DNA of 64,000 nt. Origin: Amphiscolops sp. MND2022 (lineage: Eukaryota). Shown here one piece after another: positions 48,833 through 61,394 of this stretch; the stretch's first letter is position 1; each line of letters starts with the position of its first letter. The position numbers and the translations under genes are program-made. Under the pieces are notes generated by a model. That model had not been told where the DNA came from, ran no database searches, and was given only the letters and a program-made list of their open reading frames with translations. The stretch lies in the NCBI GenBank assembly GCA_964187785.1, contig CAXLNC010000593.1, forward strand, positions 124,001 to 188,000, read 5' to 3'.

Positions 48833-51143
48833 TCCATCCCACCATGACTCCCGTGGCGACGTTATTCTTTTTATTCTTTTTGACTGCTACCCTAGCTGAA
48901 AACGACGTCAGGCTGAAGGTCTACGTTGACCCAAATTACGCAGGAAGTAATGGCCTCAAAGCAACCCCTGATGCTGCACTTCATTTGATCTTATTTCGAG
49001 TCTATACGAGTTCAAACATAACCATCTCAAAAAAACATACAACATTTCTCTCAGATCGGACACGGAAGTGTTTACTCTGCAAGATAGGGACCGATTCATG
49101 TTGCTAGAAGAGCCAAACCACTTTAATGGCAATCAATTTTATACTGGTGCTGTAAAGTTTGCGCAAGTATCGAGAAAAGACTTTGGCCACTACACTCTTT
49201 GTGTATGCCCCATCAAATCTGAAGCAGACTCAGATACTTTTTGTAGCTCTAACGAGTGCGAAATATTGGGTTCCGATTTCATTGACGAATCAGAGTCCAC
49301 CTGTGCACAGACTGAAAGTCAACATTGCTCATTTTAGGGCCCTTTTAGGCTACTCTTCTGTCAAGCATCATCTATCTGGAACTCTGGAGAAGATAGCCGC
49401 TCTGTCTGAACTAGTTTCTCAACAGAGCGATGATTCAAAAACTTTCATGGAGAATATGGACCCTGGCTGTAGAATTCTTCTCCCAATAGCGCCTTGTTTC
49501 ATTGCCCTCCCAAAGTGTAAGCAATTGGAAAACGAAACAGTTGAGTTAAAACATATGTGCAAACAAGACTGTTCCGCTATTTTTGATGTTTGCAAAACTT
49601 GGTTGGAAAATTCAGAGCGAAGGCAAAATTATATATTCAAGAACTTTGCCAAAAATATGTCTCAAGTTCTGGAAACCTTGAACTTGGGCAGAGAATTCAA
49701 CAAATCGATGTGTCAGTTTTACAATGATTCAGAATGCATATCAATAAATGCTACAGTGCTGAAGAATAAGCTCGACGAAAACAAAACCTCCCATTGCTAC
49801 GACTCTGATTACAAGGGTACTTCTTACAGAGGCCAAATATCGAAATCTATAACGGGAATGTCTTGTGTAAAATGGGATCAATCGGGAAAGTACGACAATT
49901 TGCAAGGGTATTCACTCAATACAATAAAGTATGCCGAGCTTTATGGTTCGGAAATTTTCTGCAGGAACCCAATCAATGTCACGACGCAGTCAATCGATCA
50001 ATCAAAACCTTGGTGTTTCGTTGATTATCAAGGAACATGGGAACAATGCAACGTGCCTGTGTGGCACAGTGCAAATCTGAATCCCATTGTGTTTGCATAC
50101 ATAGTAGTTGCCGCACCTATCCTTGCTGTTGTGGCCATGACATTTCTCCTCCTACTAATGAAATGTGTGTTTTCTACAAAACAACAGCAACAACAGCATT
50201 ACCTCTACATTGAAGATGAATCTGGTCTGCGACACTTTGACCGAAATCAATTGGAAAAGCTCTCGCGACTCGGTGAGGGTGAATTTGGAGTTGTTTTTAA
50301 GGCTCTAATTAAGAGGCGTTTGGATGACGATCTGATAGTTGCCGTGAAAGCCTTACACGAAGATGCTGACAATACGGAGCAGGAACATTTCCGCAGTGAG
50401 GCCAAATTGTTGAACGAATTCGACCATGAAAACATTATCAAGTTGTACGGTGTCTGCTTCGAAGGAGAACCCATGTACATGATATTCGAATATATGCCAA
50501 ATGGAGACCTGCACGATTTCCTCCGACAAAGAGCGCCGAGTGACGGAGAGCTATCTCAGTTGTTATCCATATCCGTACAGATAGCGAGGGGCTTGGCATA
50601 CCTGGCTGAAAAACGATACATACACAGAGATATTGCTGCGCGAAACGTGCTCCTCGGAAGTAAGAGTGAGGACAACATACTGCCCGCTAAACTCTGTGAT
50701 TTTGGCTTGTCTCGAAGTGTGCGAGTTGAGACTATTACAGACTCAAAGGCAAGTCCATGCTACCAGTGAGATGGATGCCGCCGGAAGCTATTCTTTACAT
50801 GACTTTTACAGCCGCCAGTGACGTTTACTCTTTTGGAGTATTGTTATGGGAAGTTTTCTCTTTTGGCTCGCAGCCGTATGAGAATGTTCCAAACGAAGAC
50901 GTAGTAGATCATATTCTTCAGCAGCAGCTACTGGAACAACCAATTGGATGTCCCGATGCCTTGTACGGTATCATGAAGCAATGTTGGAAATATCGATCAA
51001 ATCAGCGACCCAGTGCCCATGCTCTAAGCGAGGAACTGCTACACGTGGCAAACAGTTGTAACTTAATGTTTCCCCAAGCGACAAGAAACTGGTATGTTAA
51101 TGCAGAAGCAATCGCCAAACACCATCAAGTTTCTTTTTGTTGA
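48833..51143 (+). pseudogene. Intronless Ror/MuSK-family RTK pseudogene, copy 3
   Basis: As copy 2. The Ig F-strand VSRKDFGHYT lies in ORF 49068-49337. The same activation-loop frameshift is present. An in-frame ATG occurs at 48844. Confidence 0.93.
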
Positions 51144-51469
51144 ACACTTTACTTTCTTTGTTAGTATTTGTGTTTCGGGTCTTGCGCGACGTGTAAGAGA
51201 TTCCAAGTACAATTCGTGGTTCTTTTTCACCCAAAATTCTTCTAAAAACTCCGAGTTCATTTCGTGTTTCTCCTCATAGTCTGAGAAAAATCCATATCAT
51301 CTCGTGGTTTTCCAAAAAAAACAGTCTTCAAGAAATTCCGAGTACAATTTGTCTTTTTTCCCAAAAAAGAGTTTGAGAAATTCCGAGTTCAATTCATGGT
51401 TTTCTTCCAAAAAAAATTCGTTTGAAGGAAAATAATTAGATTCGTCTTCTTGGAACCATTTAAAAAACT

Positions 51470-52100
51470 CTTCCCATATTTGATGTAACCGTTGTTTCAA
51501 ACGTGAAGCGCAGTTCCCTCCGGTGCTAATTTTGTCTTGCATTCAGTTCTTGTCGTATGTTTTCGTCGTCCATACGTTCTTTTTTGCGGTGTCGTTTCAT
51601 ACTTCTTCTCTTAGGTGTCCCATTTTGTATTTAGGCGTCCATACCTTTTTTTGCGGTGTCGTTTCATACTTCTTCTCTTAGGTGTCCCATTTTGTATTTA
51701 GGCGTCCATACGTTCTTTTTTGCGGTGTCGTTTCATACTTCTTCTCTTAGGTGTCCCACTTTGTATTTAGGCGTCCATACCTTTTTTTGCGGTGTCGTTT
51801 CATACTTCTTCTCTTAGGTGTCCCATTTTGTATTTAGGCGTCCATACCTTTTTTTGCGGTGTCGTTTCATACTTCTTCTCTTAGGTGTCCCATGTTCCTT
51901 TTGAGCGTCCATACTTTTTTGGTGTCGTGTCATACGTATATTTTCCCTTTAGGCGTCCCATTCACTTTTAGGAGTCATTTTTGTCGCGATTTCGACTTAA
52001 CCCCGACTACTCCTCCCCCCATTTCCACAGCAGTCGTCTTCTTCCCCACAATGGTCTTCCTCTAGCGTCCTCCACTTGACTTTCCCGTCTCTTGACCGAC
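51470..52100. repeat. R66 cassette, subtype A
   Basis: Duplicate of 38140-38760. Confidence 0.92.
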
Positions 52101-52319
52101 AATTTTACAAGGTTTCAATTTTAGTATGCTTTACTATTTTACAATTGCTTTATTTTTTATTAGCAATCAAAATGTACATTTTCAATCAGTTAGAATTCAA
52201 TCAGTTGGTAATCGGATTTTTCAGAGTAGAGTTTTCAGTGAGACAAGGATAATACTCTGGACTTTTGAAGAAGGTTGTAATTTTGCCATTCGAAACAACG
52301 CTTAGTGTAATCTGGATTA

Positions 52320-52630
52320 TTGGTTCTTTTTCAAACAAAACTGATTCAAGAAATTCCGAGATCAATTCGTGGTTGTTTTTCAAACAAAACTGATTCAAGA
52401 AATTCCGAGATCAATCCGTGGTTCTTTTTTCAAACAAAACTGATTCAAGAAATTCCGAGATCAATCCGTGCTTCTTTTTTTCAAACAAAACTGATTCAGG
52501 AAATTCCGAGATCAATCCGTGGTTCTTTCTCAAACAAAACTGATTCAAGAAATTCCGAGATCAATTCGTGGTTCTTTTTCAAACAAAACTGATTAAAGAA
52601 AATCCGAGATCAATTCGTGGTTCTTTTTCA
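52320..52630. repeat. R49 minisatellite
   Basis: ~6 copies. Confidence 0.92.
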
Positions 52631-54917
52631 TTCGTGCCAAGTTGAATGTTTTCAAATATCACGGCCAAGTTAATCAATCTATCCAGCAATTTCTACCAAA
52701 TTGCTTAGAAACTGGTGACTTTTCTCAATTAGGACATTCCTGTAACTATCTCATTCAAGAAAGAAGATCACATGATTGCAAGATTTGAATTTCCAATTAT
52801 TATTTTCTTGTCTTTCTGCCTTTTTGCACAGAAAAGACTGTTTCATGATTGTTTTCTGCTTTTTAACTAGTTTCTTGTTTCTTTGTTTTTTTTTGTTTTA
52901 ATAAACCAGGAGATTCTGGTTTTACAATGTATATGTAAATGCATGTATATTATATAATGTACAAAGAATTAGAACCATGAAATTCCGAGACATAATTTTA
53001 ATGTACAAGTATTTCAAATGTACAATAAATTACAAATAGGAAAGTATGAGACATAATTTAGCACACCAATGTATGGTTGTTTTAATAAACCAGGAGATTC
53101 TGGTTTTACAATGTATATGTGAATGCATGTATCTTATATGTACAAAGAATTAAAACCATGAAAATCCGAGACATAATTTAGGTGTACAAGTATTTCAAAT
53201 GTACAATAAATTACAAATAGGAAAGTATGAGACATAATTCTAGCACACCAATGTATTGCATGGAAAATAAGAAATAATTTTAGTATAAATGCATTACATG
53301 TGTTTTACAATTATGAAGTACAAAAGTATTACGAAGACATGTATTATAAATTTAAATGGTTGATGAAAGTTCTGGTAAAAGATTACAATGTAGAATTTCC
53401 GAAAAATAATTAAGTTGTACAGGTAGTTCAAATGCACAATAAATTACTAATAGGAAATTCTAATGTATTATAAGGTCACAACAATGTATTATATGTATTA
53501 TAAATGCGAATTGTGGTACAATTGCTTTAAATTTGGTATAAAATAAGGTACATGTATGTAAGTGCTAATTCATAAAACGATCCAACAAACATTTTGACAA
53601 AACTTCTGAATTGGTTTCATGATTTTAAAATGAATATGTTTTTTATGCCTAAGTTGAATTGTAAATAAGTAAGAATTAAACCCCTTTCCAAACGTACAAA
53701 ATGCAAATTTGAAGAAATTTACATTATTAGTAAAATTTGGCGAAATACTTAAAAATTGACCGCAATGCCCAAAAGTTTCTCCTAAAAGCTCTACTTTTGT
53801 CACTCGAAAGTTAAAGCAATTGCGGATACAAATTTATTCAGCCACGTCGACACAAAACAACACGAGGCAAAGCCCACGAACTATTGTCTTGAGTACTGTA
53901 GTTTCACTTGAGGCAACTCTCTCTGAATTTTTTTGTTTTTCGGCATTTTGTTTGTTTGAAAGGGAAGAAATAACACAAAACAGCTAGTATTTAAAAATAC
54001 TGGGTGAGAAAAAGAACTGAAATTGTACAATGAACTGGTTATTAGCACCAGTACCAGGAAGTTGCTTTTCGCACAAGGCTATGTTCAGTACTGAAATGGT
54101 ACTGTAGTGGAAATTCTTCGTCTGCCAGTCTTGTGGTCACGTCTTTACAACTGAATGTCGCCTCCGTCGACTGGTCCGGATTTGACGTTGTATTGAATCG
54201 GTCATTTTAGGCGGAATGAGACTCAAACTTGATTTTAAAAATTGTGGAACACTCGGTTTTGATTGAAAAAAGTTGAAAAAAATATGAAATTCGGAGACAC
54301 CCACTTTTGATAGGCTTAGAAGAAACGTGCATATGATTTGAAAAATAACTTGATGAAATTCGGAGACACTCACTTTCGATTGGCTTAGAAGAAACGTGCA
54401 TATGATTTGAAAAAAAAATGATGAATTTCGGAGACACTTACTTTTGATTGGCTTAGAAGAAACGTGCATATATTTTTGAAAAAAAAATGATGAAATTCGG
54501 AGACACTCACTTTTGATTGGCTTAGAAGAAACGTGCATATGATTTGAAAAAAAAACAATTTGATGAAATTCGGAGACACTCGATTTTGATTGGCTTAGAA
54601 GAAACATGCATATGATTTGAAAAAAAATAATAATTTGATGAAATTCGGGGACACTGAGTTTTGATTGGCTCAGATGAAACGTGCATTCAATTCAAAAAAA
54701 AATACTTTGATTAAGTTCGGAGACACTGATTGGTTAAGGTGCAGAAAATTCTGCATTAAAACGTGCAGAAAATTCGAAAAAAAATCTAAAGAAACTCTGA
54801 GATACTCAAATGGAAATGGTTGAAAAGCAGCGTGCGAAAAAATCAGAATTTTCGAGAGCCTAGAAAAAACTTGGACCCAAAGTTCATTCCGCCATGGAAC
54901 AGTCTCGACTGTTCAAA

Positions 54918-57900
54918 TCATTTCAGATGATTGTTGAACGACGATTTGACTTTGTTGTATATGGTGGTGACGTCGTTTGCCTCTAAAAAGTGACCGGCGT
55001 CACGCAACATACGCTCAACTTGTTTCCTTGAAACGTTCGTCGTTATGTCGTAGAAAACAGGCAGCGCATCTGCCCATAGTGGCCTTGTTTCTACGCCTTT
55101 GAACATCAGCAAACTCTGAATGTATCTTTCTCGTTTGGGGCAACGCGGTGGGGGCGGTTCTTCTGGCCGAACGTCACTGACTCGTTGACCGTCACTGAAA
55201 ACTACACCCCCTGCCATTGGTCGTTTCCGTTTCCCAGATGGCTGTGACCCTTTGTCCTCAATTTCATCATCTCTTGTGGTGGACTCCATGATGTTGCTTG
55301 TCATCATCAGACTGTCGTCTCGCAACCACGGAGTTTCCTCTGCCACTTGACCCTGTCCTACCTGTGGAACACCCCCCGACCCTGACTGGAAACTCTGTGA
55401 TGCGCCCTGCCCTGTACTCCTAACGTCTTGCCCTCTCCTTTCCCGACCCGGTTCCTCTTCAGTTGTTGGTTGTAGAGCCAGCTGCCGCCTCGTCTTCCCT
55501 TTTAAAACATGAAAGGTGACTCAAAACGCTAGAGAAAATTATGAAAAATAATTTAAAGAAAATCGGAGACTCTCGATTGTAATTGGCGGACACAAAACGC
55601 TAGAGAAAATTATGAAAAAATATTTTAAAGAAGTTCGGAGACTCTCGATTGTAATTGGCGGACACAAAACGCTAGAGAAAATTGTGAAAAATATTTTAAA
55701 GAAATTCGGAGACTCTCGATTGTAATTGGCGGACACAAAACGCTTGAGAAAATTATGAAAAATATTTTAAAGAAGTTCGGAGACTCTCGATTGTAATTGG
55801 CTGACATAAAACACTAGAGATAAATAAAAAAGACATGAAGGCATTCTTAGACACTGTTCTACTAACCCCGTTCCGCGCGCTCAATTTCTTTCTGCCTCGC
55901 TTCTCTCACCGCTAATGGAGTCGCATCCCCGATTGTTGAGGCAGTTGAATCAACCGGGACAGTTACATTTACTGGTTCTGGCACCTCGTCTTCTTCGGGG
56001 ACTGCGCGAAGATCGTTGACGAGGTGATCCAGCAATCGATGTCTGTTGGCAATATTGGCTGACATGTAATATTTCTCAGCTGTTTGCTGTGTATGCCCAG
56101 TCTGGTGCAGATGCTCGGTCATGACATCAGCAGCGATTTCCTCATTCTGCCTCAGCTGCTGCATTCTCCCCTCCCTGTACTTCCTCATTGAGTTGGAGTT
56201 GAAGCGGATGTCAGTGGCTCTATCGCCGAACTTCGCTGCGAAGACTTCGGAGATCTCGCGAGCCATACTTCTATCCGCTGTACCCTTCTGAGTAGAAAAG
56301 ATCAGTACCGGAACTGCCTGGAACTCTCGTCGGTACGTCTCTTTCAAGTGGTACAGGAGGGGGATCTGGTCAGGCTCCACACGGAGGGCGACGTCGTAAT
56401 ATTGGCCGGTTTTGTGTCTGCTCGTCAAAACCGACCCGCTTCGTTGGATTTCCTCGAGCATTTGCCAAGTCAAGTTCATAATTGGCTGATTTCTTGGCTG
56501 GTAGGAAGTAGTTGAGGGCTTTCTCCTCCTTCAAAGAAAGACTCTCTTCCTCAACGTTTTCCTGCAACAGCTTCAGAACTTGCTCGTGGCGTGTTACCAC
56601 GATGTTGTGGCTGGACACCAGCTTGAAGCGTTCGTCAGCCTTCCTCCGGCTATCGCAAGCAGCGCTGGTTGTGTAAATCGATTTCACTTCGTTCATGGCA
56701 GCGTGGATCCGGGCAGCGTCGATGTTGTCGCGGATCACAAGATAGTCCACGAATTTCTTCAGGCATGCCAAATACGTCAAGATCGTTTGAAGGGCCAGTC
56801 GCTGACGTTTCTGGATCATCATCGTCACCTGGAGTAATCTGTGGGTTTCCTGGAAGTGGTTTGTTTCCCCGTAGAACGTCGCGAGCGTGTTTTTTAGCCA
56901 AGGCCGGCTGCGGTCCTTTCCAGAATCTCCGGTGCATGCTTCCAGCGCTTGCCTCTGGTGCTGAATGTATTCTTCAACACGCTCGACGTCCGTTCTACGG
57001 GCCACGCGGCTCTCTTTCATCTTATTTCTAAGCGACTGTGGCAGAGACCTGGAAAAAATTAGAAGTTTAAAAATTCTGATAACACAGTATGAAAAATACT
57101 TCGGAGCTAGAAAAAGGTTAAGGAAATTCTGATAACGTAGTATGAAAAATATTTTTGATCATGAAAAATTCAAGGAAATTCTAATAACGCAGTATGAAAA
57201 AGATTTTCGAGTTAGAAAAATATTAAAGAAATTCTGATAACGCAGAATGAAAAAAAAATTTCGAGCTAGAAAATAGATAAGGAAATTCTGATAACGCAGT
57301 ATGAAAAATATTTTCGAGCTAGAAAAATATTAAGGAAATTCTGATAACGCAGAATGAAAAAAAAATTCGAGCAAGAAAAAAAATAAGGAAATTCTGATAA
57401 CGCAGTATGGAAAAGATTTTCGAGTTAGAAAAAGATTAAGGAAATTCTGATAACGCAGAATGAAACAAAATTTTCGAGCTAGAAAAAAATTAAGGAAATT
57501 CTGATAACGCAGTATGAAAAATATTTTCGAGCTAGAAAGAGTTAATCCGATGACTACTCACTTCACAATTCGAAACTCCGGTAGCTTCTCCAGGTGACCA
57601 GGACATCTCGATTTGTGAGTTGGTACCGAAGCAACACGGCGCATACACGTCGAGCAGAACCTGACTACTGTCTTCGAATCGCGGAAGCGGTAGTAGTCTT
57701 TAATCAGAGTCTGTTCGGTTTCGGTGAGGAGATCGCCGTGCACGTGCTTCAAGTGCCGATCAATTCGCACAACAGACACATGGCAAATGATGCACTCGTT
57801 CTCCTGTGAGTATTTGGCTCGCTTCTCTTTCGCAACTGCGGCATCAACAGGAGCATTTTGAGGCACATCAGATGTTCCTGGTTGTTCATCCTTTGCATTG

Positions 57901-59335
57901 TGTGGAAAAACTGCCGGCATTTCCATCAACCGCTGCACTGACATTTCTTGCGGCACTGACATTACTTCTTCCGGCACTGCTGATTCCAATGAGTCTGTGT
58001 CCGCATCGGAGAGAACAGGCGCACTCATAAGCTCGCAGAAGACTGGTTGTTGATTCATCAGCTGCTCTTCCGGCATTGAACTCAATGCATCCACTTCCTC
58101 TTCTTGGAAAGCAGGATTTGAAGCAGCAGCTAACTCTTCGACCAAGTCAGCTGTCATCTCGTAACCCAATGATTCTGGGTCTTCAGCTTGGGGGAGTTGC
58201 GCCATCATCCTCGTCCAGTTGCATTTCTGACACAAACAGTCGACATTGCCCTCGCCGAAGTAATCATCAGAGTACTTGACGAGCAATTGCGCACCGGGCA
58301 AAATGTTTTCAAGAGCTTTCACCTTGACGATGGTCCTCGCCTTGGTACCCGAACAGACAAACTCCACGTTCGGCTCGCACGAGTGGTTGATGAAACTCGC
58401 GGGCCCGAGCATGATTCGGTCTCCGCTTTTTCCGCCGAATACTGAGAAACACTGCTCAGGGCTGAGCTCACCTTCCACTTTCTCAAGGAATCCAACCAAT
58501 CCTAAACGAGATGAGGTTTACAAATTTGAAAATACATCAATGAATTTCAATAGGAATATTCCGGGAACAAATAGTTTCTAGTTTACGACTTATTGTTTTC
58601 TATTGAAGTCTGTAGAAAATCAGAAAAAAACAGCCTAAAAAATTTTGAGACACTCGAATAAAATTTTGTTGTAACTTTATTCGAAATTCAGAAAATAATT
58701 TGATAATTTTCTGAGAGACTCGTTTGTAATTGGTTGAAAAGAAGCCTGTAAAGAATTCAAAAAATTACCTAAAGAAATTTTGAGACACTCGAATATAATT
58801 GGTTTACACATGTTCCATTTATTTTGTTAGAAATAAATTCGAAATTCAAAAAATACTTTGATGAAATTTTGAGAGACTCATTTGTAATTGGTTAAAAAGA
58901 AGCTTGTAAAATTCAAAAAAATACCTAAAGAAATTTCAAGACACTCGAATATAATTGGTTCAAACAAGTTTTATCTATTTTGTAATAAATTTAACTTTGT
59001 TATAATTCAAAAAAACTCTGATATTAACCATCAATGATGAAGCCTTTAGGCAGCGGTCCCACTGCTTCATTGGGCACGTAAACAGCGAAGCTGTCCGAAA
59101 GATCGGACGGGTAGTTTACGTATTCCGCCCGGATATCAACTTTTTGCATACTCAGCAAGTAGCTCTGAAAGAGATCATTGTACAGCTTCAGAGCACCCTT
59201 CTGCCTAATCGCTTCTTTGAAATCGCTGGCGATATAGAATTTGTGTGACGTTTTGTCATTGTCGATTAGTTGCTTTGTAACTTCAGCGTCCATTGCTCCT
59301 AACAAGTTGCATTTTGACAAGTTTGTAGAGGCCAT
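54918..59335 (-). CDS. Four-exon Suv4-20-like SET - zinc-finger pair - tyrosine recombinase fusion gene (~1000 aa if one frameshift at ~56480-56510 is repaired)
   Basis: Exons 59335-59029, 58501-57562, 57048-55867 and 55498-54918, all GT-AG, with split codons G|GA, AA|G and G|GG in frame. SET: LGPASFINHSCEPN..VKAL..LLVKY..DYFGE..CLCQKC. YR: RNQPIMNLTW, HKTG, NSMRK, TGHTQQTAEKYY. Confidence 0.88.
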
Positions 59336-59394
59336 TTTTTAAATTGAAATAGAAAGTAGGTTGCTGGATCGAAATTTAAATTGAATTGAATCGA

Positions 59395-59620
59395 CATTGA
59401 AATTGAAGAGGTAGGGTTGAATGAACGTTGCGGTTTCGAAATCGATGGAGAAGTTTGAAAAGTAGTTGTGTTAAGCACACTATCTTGGAGATCGCAAAAA
59501 GTTTTAAATTGAAATTGAAGAAGTAGGAATGAATGAAGGTTGCTGTTTTAAAGTAGATCGAAAAGTTTGAAAAGTCATTGAGCTGAACGTACTAGCTTGG
59601 AGATCGCAAAAAGTTTTAAT
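59395..59620. promoter_or_regulatory. ~112-bp tandem dimer immediately upstream of the SET-YR start codon
   Basis: attgaaattgaag at 59396 and 59508, each unit ending ttggagatcgcaaaaagtttta. A regulatory role is inferred from position only. Confidence 0.35.
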
Positions 59621-60629
59621 GATTTTGCTATTGAAAGACCAGAGCTTGAGGAAGCCACTAATTAACACTTAACCTACAACACCATCATCATTTCCACTCA
59701 ATCGCATTCAATTACCTCATATTTCATTAACTTGAGTCAATTTTAATTCGAAATGCGGTTAGATATAATTATTTTCCAATTAGCAATAGGTGTAGAAGCT
59801 GCATGATTAAGAGTAAAATAGTGATGAAATTACCTTCTGTCGAATAATTAAATGAAACGATATGATATTTTGATTAATGTAAGCAATTAAAATTCAATTA
59901 CCTCAAATTTCAGCAACTTGAGTTAATTTTAATTCGAAATGCGTTTGGATATAATTACTTTCCAATTAGCAATAGGTGTAGACGTTGCATGAACAAGAGT
60001 AAAATAGTGATGAAATTACCTTCTGTCGAATGAATAAAGGAAACGATTTGATATTTTGATTAATGTAAGCAATACGTTAAAATCGTGGTATTCCAAACAT
60101 GCTTGGTGGGGGAAGGATAACAAAAGACGAGCTTTCAAAAATTTTCACTGAAGAAATTCGGAATAAAAAATGACTAAGACCTCATGAATCAAACTACAAT
60201 TCAGAGCAAACAGCTAGTCAGTTGATATTCGATTAAAAAATTTACTTGCTAGTATTCCGAGAACGTTTGATAAAATTGTACTTTTTCCAGAAATGCATCC
60301 TGTCGGAAATGCAGACAAAGTGGCAGAACAGAAACAAACTACAATTCAGTGCAAACAGCTAGTCAGCAAGTGTCCGACGCCAGCAAGTCCAATTTGTGCT
60401 TCATTCGCAAAAAAACATTCTTCAGTTCCGAGTTCAAAAAAAACATCCGAGTTCAATTTGTGTTTTTTTTTCATATAAAATTAATTCAAAGAAATTCCTA
60501 GTTCAATTTGTCTTTTTTCCCAAAAAAGTTTGAGAAATTCCGAGTTCAATTCATGGTTTTTTTTCCAAAAAAAATTCATTTGAAGGATAATAATTAGATT
60601 CGTCTTCTTGGAACCATTTAAAAAACTCT

Positions 60630-61190
60630 TCCCATATTTGATGTAACCGTTGTTTCAAACGTGAAGCGCAGTTCCCTCCGGTGCTAATTTTGTCTTGCAT
60701 TCAGTTCTTGTCGTATGTTTTCGTCGTTCATACGTTCTTTTTTGCGGTGTCGTTTCATACTTCTTCTCTTAGGTGTCCCATTTTGTATTTAGGCGTTCAT
60801 ACCTTTTTTGCGGTGTCGTTTCATCCTTCTTCTCTTAGGTGTCTGATTTTGTATTTAGGCGTCCATACGTTCTTTTTTGCGGTGTCGTTTCATACTTCTT
60901 CTCTTAGGTGTCCCATTTTGTATTTAGGCGTCCATACTTTTTTTGCGGTGTCGTTTCATACTTCTTCTCTTAGGTGTCCCATTTTGTATTTAGGCGTCCA
61001 TACTTTTTTGGTGTCGTTTCATACGTATATTTTCCCTTTAGGCGTCCCATTTAGTTTTAGGAGTCATTTTTGTCGCGTTTTCGTTTTAACCCCGACTACT
61101 CCTCCCCCCCCCATTCCCACAGCAGTCGTCTTCTTCCCCACAATGGTCTTCCTCTAGCGTCCTCCCCTTGACTTTCCCGTCTCTTGACCT
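60630..61190. repeat. R66 cassette, subtype A
   Basis: Leader, ~5 units and tail. Confidence 0.92.
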
Positions 61191-61394
61191 ACAATTTTAC
61201 AAGGTTTCAATTTTAGTATGCTTTACTATTTTACAATTGCTTTTTTTATTAGCAATCAAAATGTACATTTTCAATCAGTTAGAATTCAATCAGTTGGTAA
61301 TCGGATTTTTCAGAGTAGAGTTTTCAGTGAGACAAGGATAATACTCTGGACTTTTGAAGAAAGTTGGAATTTTGCCATTCGAAACAACGCTTAG

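Larger units (their letters stand above)
44556..57956. repeat. Tandem segmental duplication, unit 2 (13,401 bp)
   Basis: Starts agatgcaagt like 31216; ends gcggcac like 44553. Confidence 0.95.

Noticed and set aside
56580-57031. Plus-strand and alternative-frame ORFs overlapping YR/SET (43176, 43246, 43265, 56580, 56650, 56669, 57594-58581)
   Set aside because: They are shadows of GC-richer coding DNA with no motifs.
41512-59335. DIRS/Ngaro retrotransposon, Polinton or autonomous Helitron
   Set aside because: No RT/RNaseH, pPolB/capsid/ATPase or Rep-helicase ORF is recognisable in the window. Such genes could still lie outside it.
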